Shown: piece by piece, positions 63,534 to 64,000 of the stretch
Layout: each line of letters starts with the position of its first letter
Numbering within the stretch: position 1 is the first letter of the stretch
Origin: Camelus ferus
Lineage: Eukaryota
NCBI RefSeq assembly: GCF_009834535.1
Contig: NC_045697.1
Location: forward strand, 106,642,001 to 106,706,000
Direction of reading: 5' to 3'
Length of the DNA stretch: 64,000 bases
The notes under the pieces: generated by a model
The model's database searches: none
Told to the model about the DNA's origin: nothing
Seen by the model: only the letters and a program-made list of their open reading frames with translations
Position numbers and translations under genes: made by a program

Positions 63534-64000
63534 GTGTCTGTGGTGGGGAATTGGGACTTAGCCGGACTAAGGCAGAACACGTGAGAAGTGGAGACGAGGA
63601 GCAGGGCTGCCCATTACCAGACTGTGAGGAGGGAAGCGTCCTGGATCCCCGGCCAGGGCTTGTCACCAGCCCTGCAGGTGTTGGTGCAGCCTTTGTGGGC
63701 TGTTCGGCCCGGGCCTCACATTTGTGAAGATTTCCTATTTAGTCTTAACAAGTATCGCTGAGTGAGTCTACATAGTTGTAATTTATATGTATTTAAATAG
63801 TTTGTTGCATTATGGGTGGAATATATCGTGGTTACCGTAATAACCCATTTTTGCATTTCTTCAGGTTCTAGTAGGTGGAAGTGTTCTGCCTCTTGCCTCC
63901 TCAGCGCCTTCTCTGTTCCCTGCGCACACGCTTCCTGTCCACAGCGCTCCTGATGCTGAGGTCTGCACGGGCTCCCGTGTCTTTGTCCTGACTGTAAGGG

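Larger units (their letters stand above)
13372..64000 (+). other. DCLK2: DCLK2 intron 2 (5' part, over 50 kb)
   Basis: Starts at gtaaga; the expected next exon (VTCLxDFFGDDDVFIACGPEKF-like) was not seen in the window. Confidence 0.8.

Noticed and set aside
63845..63880. Possible microexon after ttttgcatttcttcag
   Set aside because: The following donor (gtggaa) is weak and the segment contains TAG codons.
1..64000. Prokaryotic or viral systems (CRISPR, operons, defence islands, intact ERV genes)
   Set aside because: The sequence is mammalian intron; no repeat-spacer array, long ORFs or gag/pol/env remnants were recognised.

Overview
This is eutherian mammal genomic DNA, not microbial. It is most likely a camelid, inferred from a tRNA-derived SINE and young L1 3' ends that resemble camelid families as I recall them. 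The window lies inside DCLK2 (+ strand): the end of intron 1, one coding exon (13036-13371, end of doublecortin domain 1 and most of domain 2), and about 50 kb of the next intron. The rest is interspersed repeats (L1, L2, MIR, CR1, MER DNA transposons, MaLR and a dense cluster of ERV solo LTRs), microsatellites and unique intronic DNA. The strongest anomaly is an apparent 1-bp insertion near the exon start that frameshifts DCLK2 to a stop at 13074-13076. Other notable points are TTAGGG repeats at an L1 5' junction, recursive-splice-like AG|GTGAG sites, a twin-primed L1, a GC-shifted MER82 copy and an AT-rich palindrome. I found no evidence for a new multi-gene system, and almost all listed ORFs are chance ORFs. 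Repeat family names come from recalled consensus sequences, and boundaries of old repeats are approximate.
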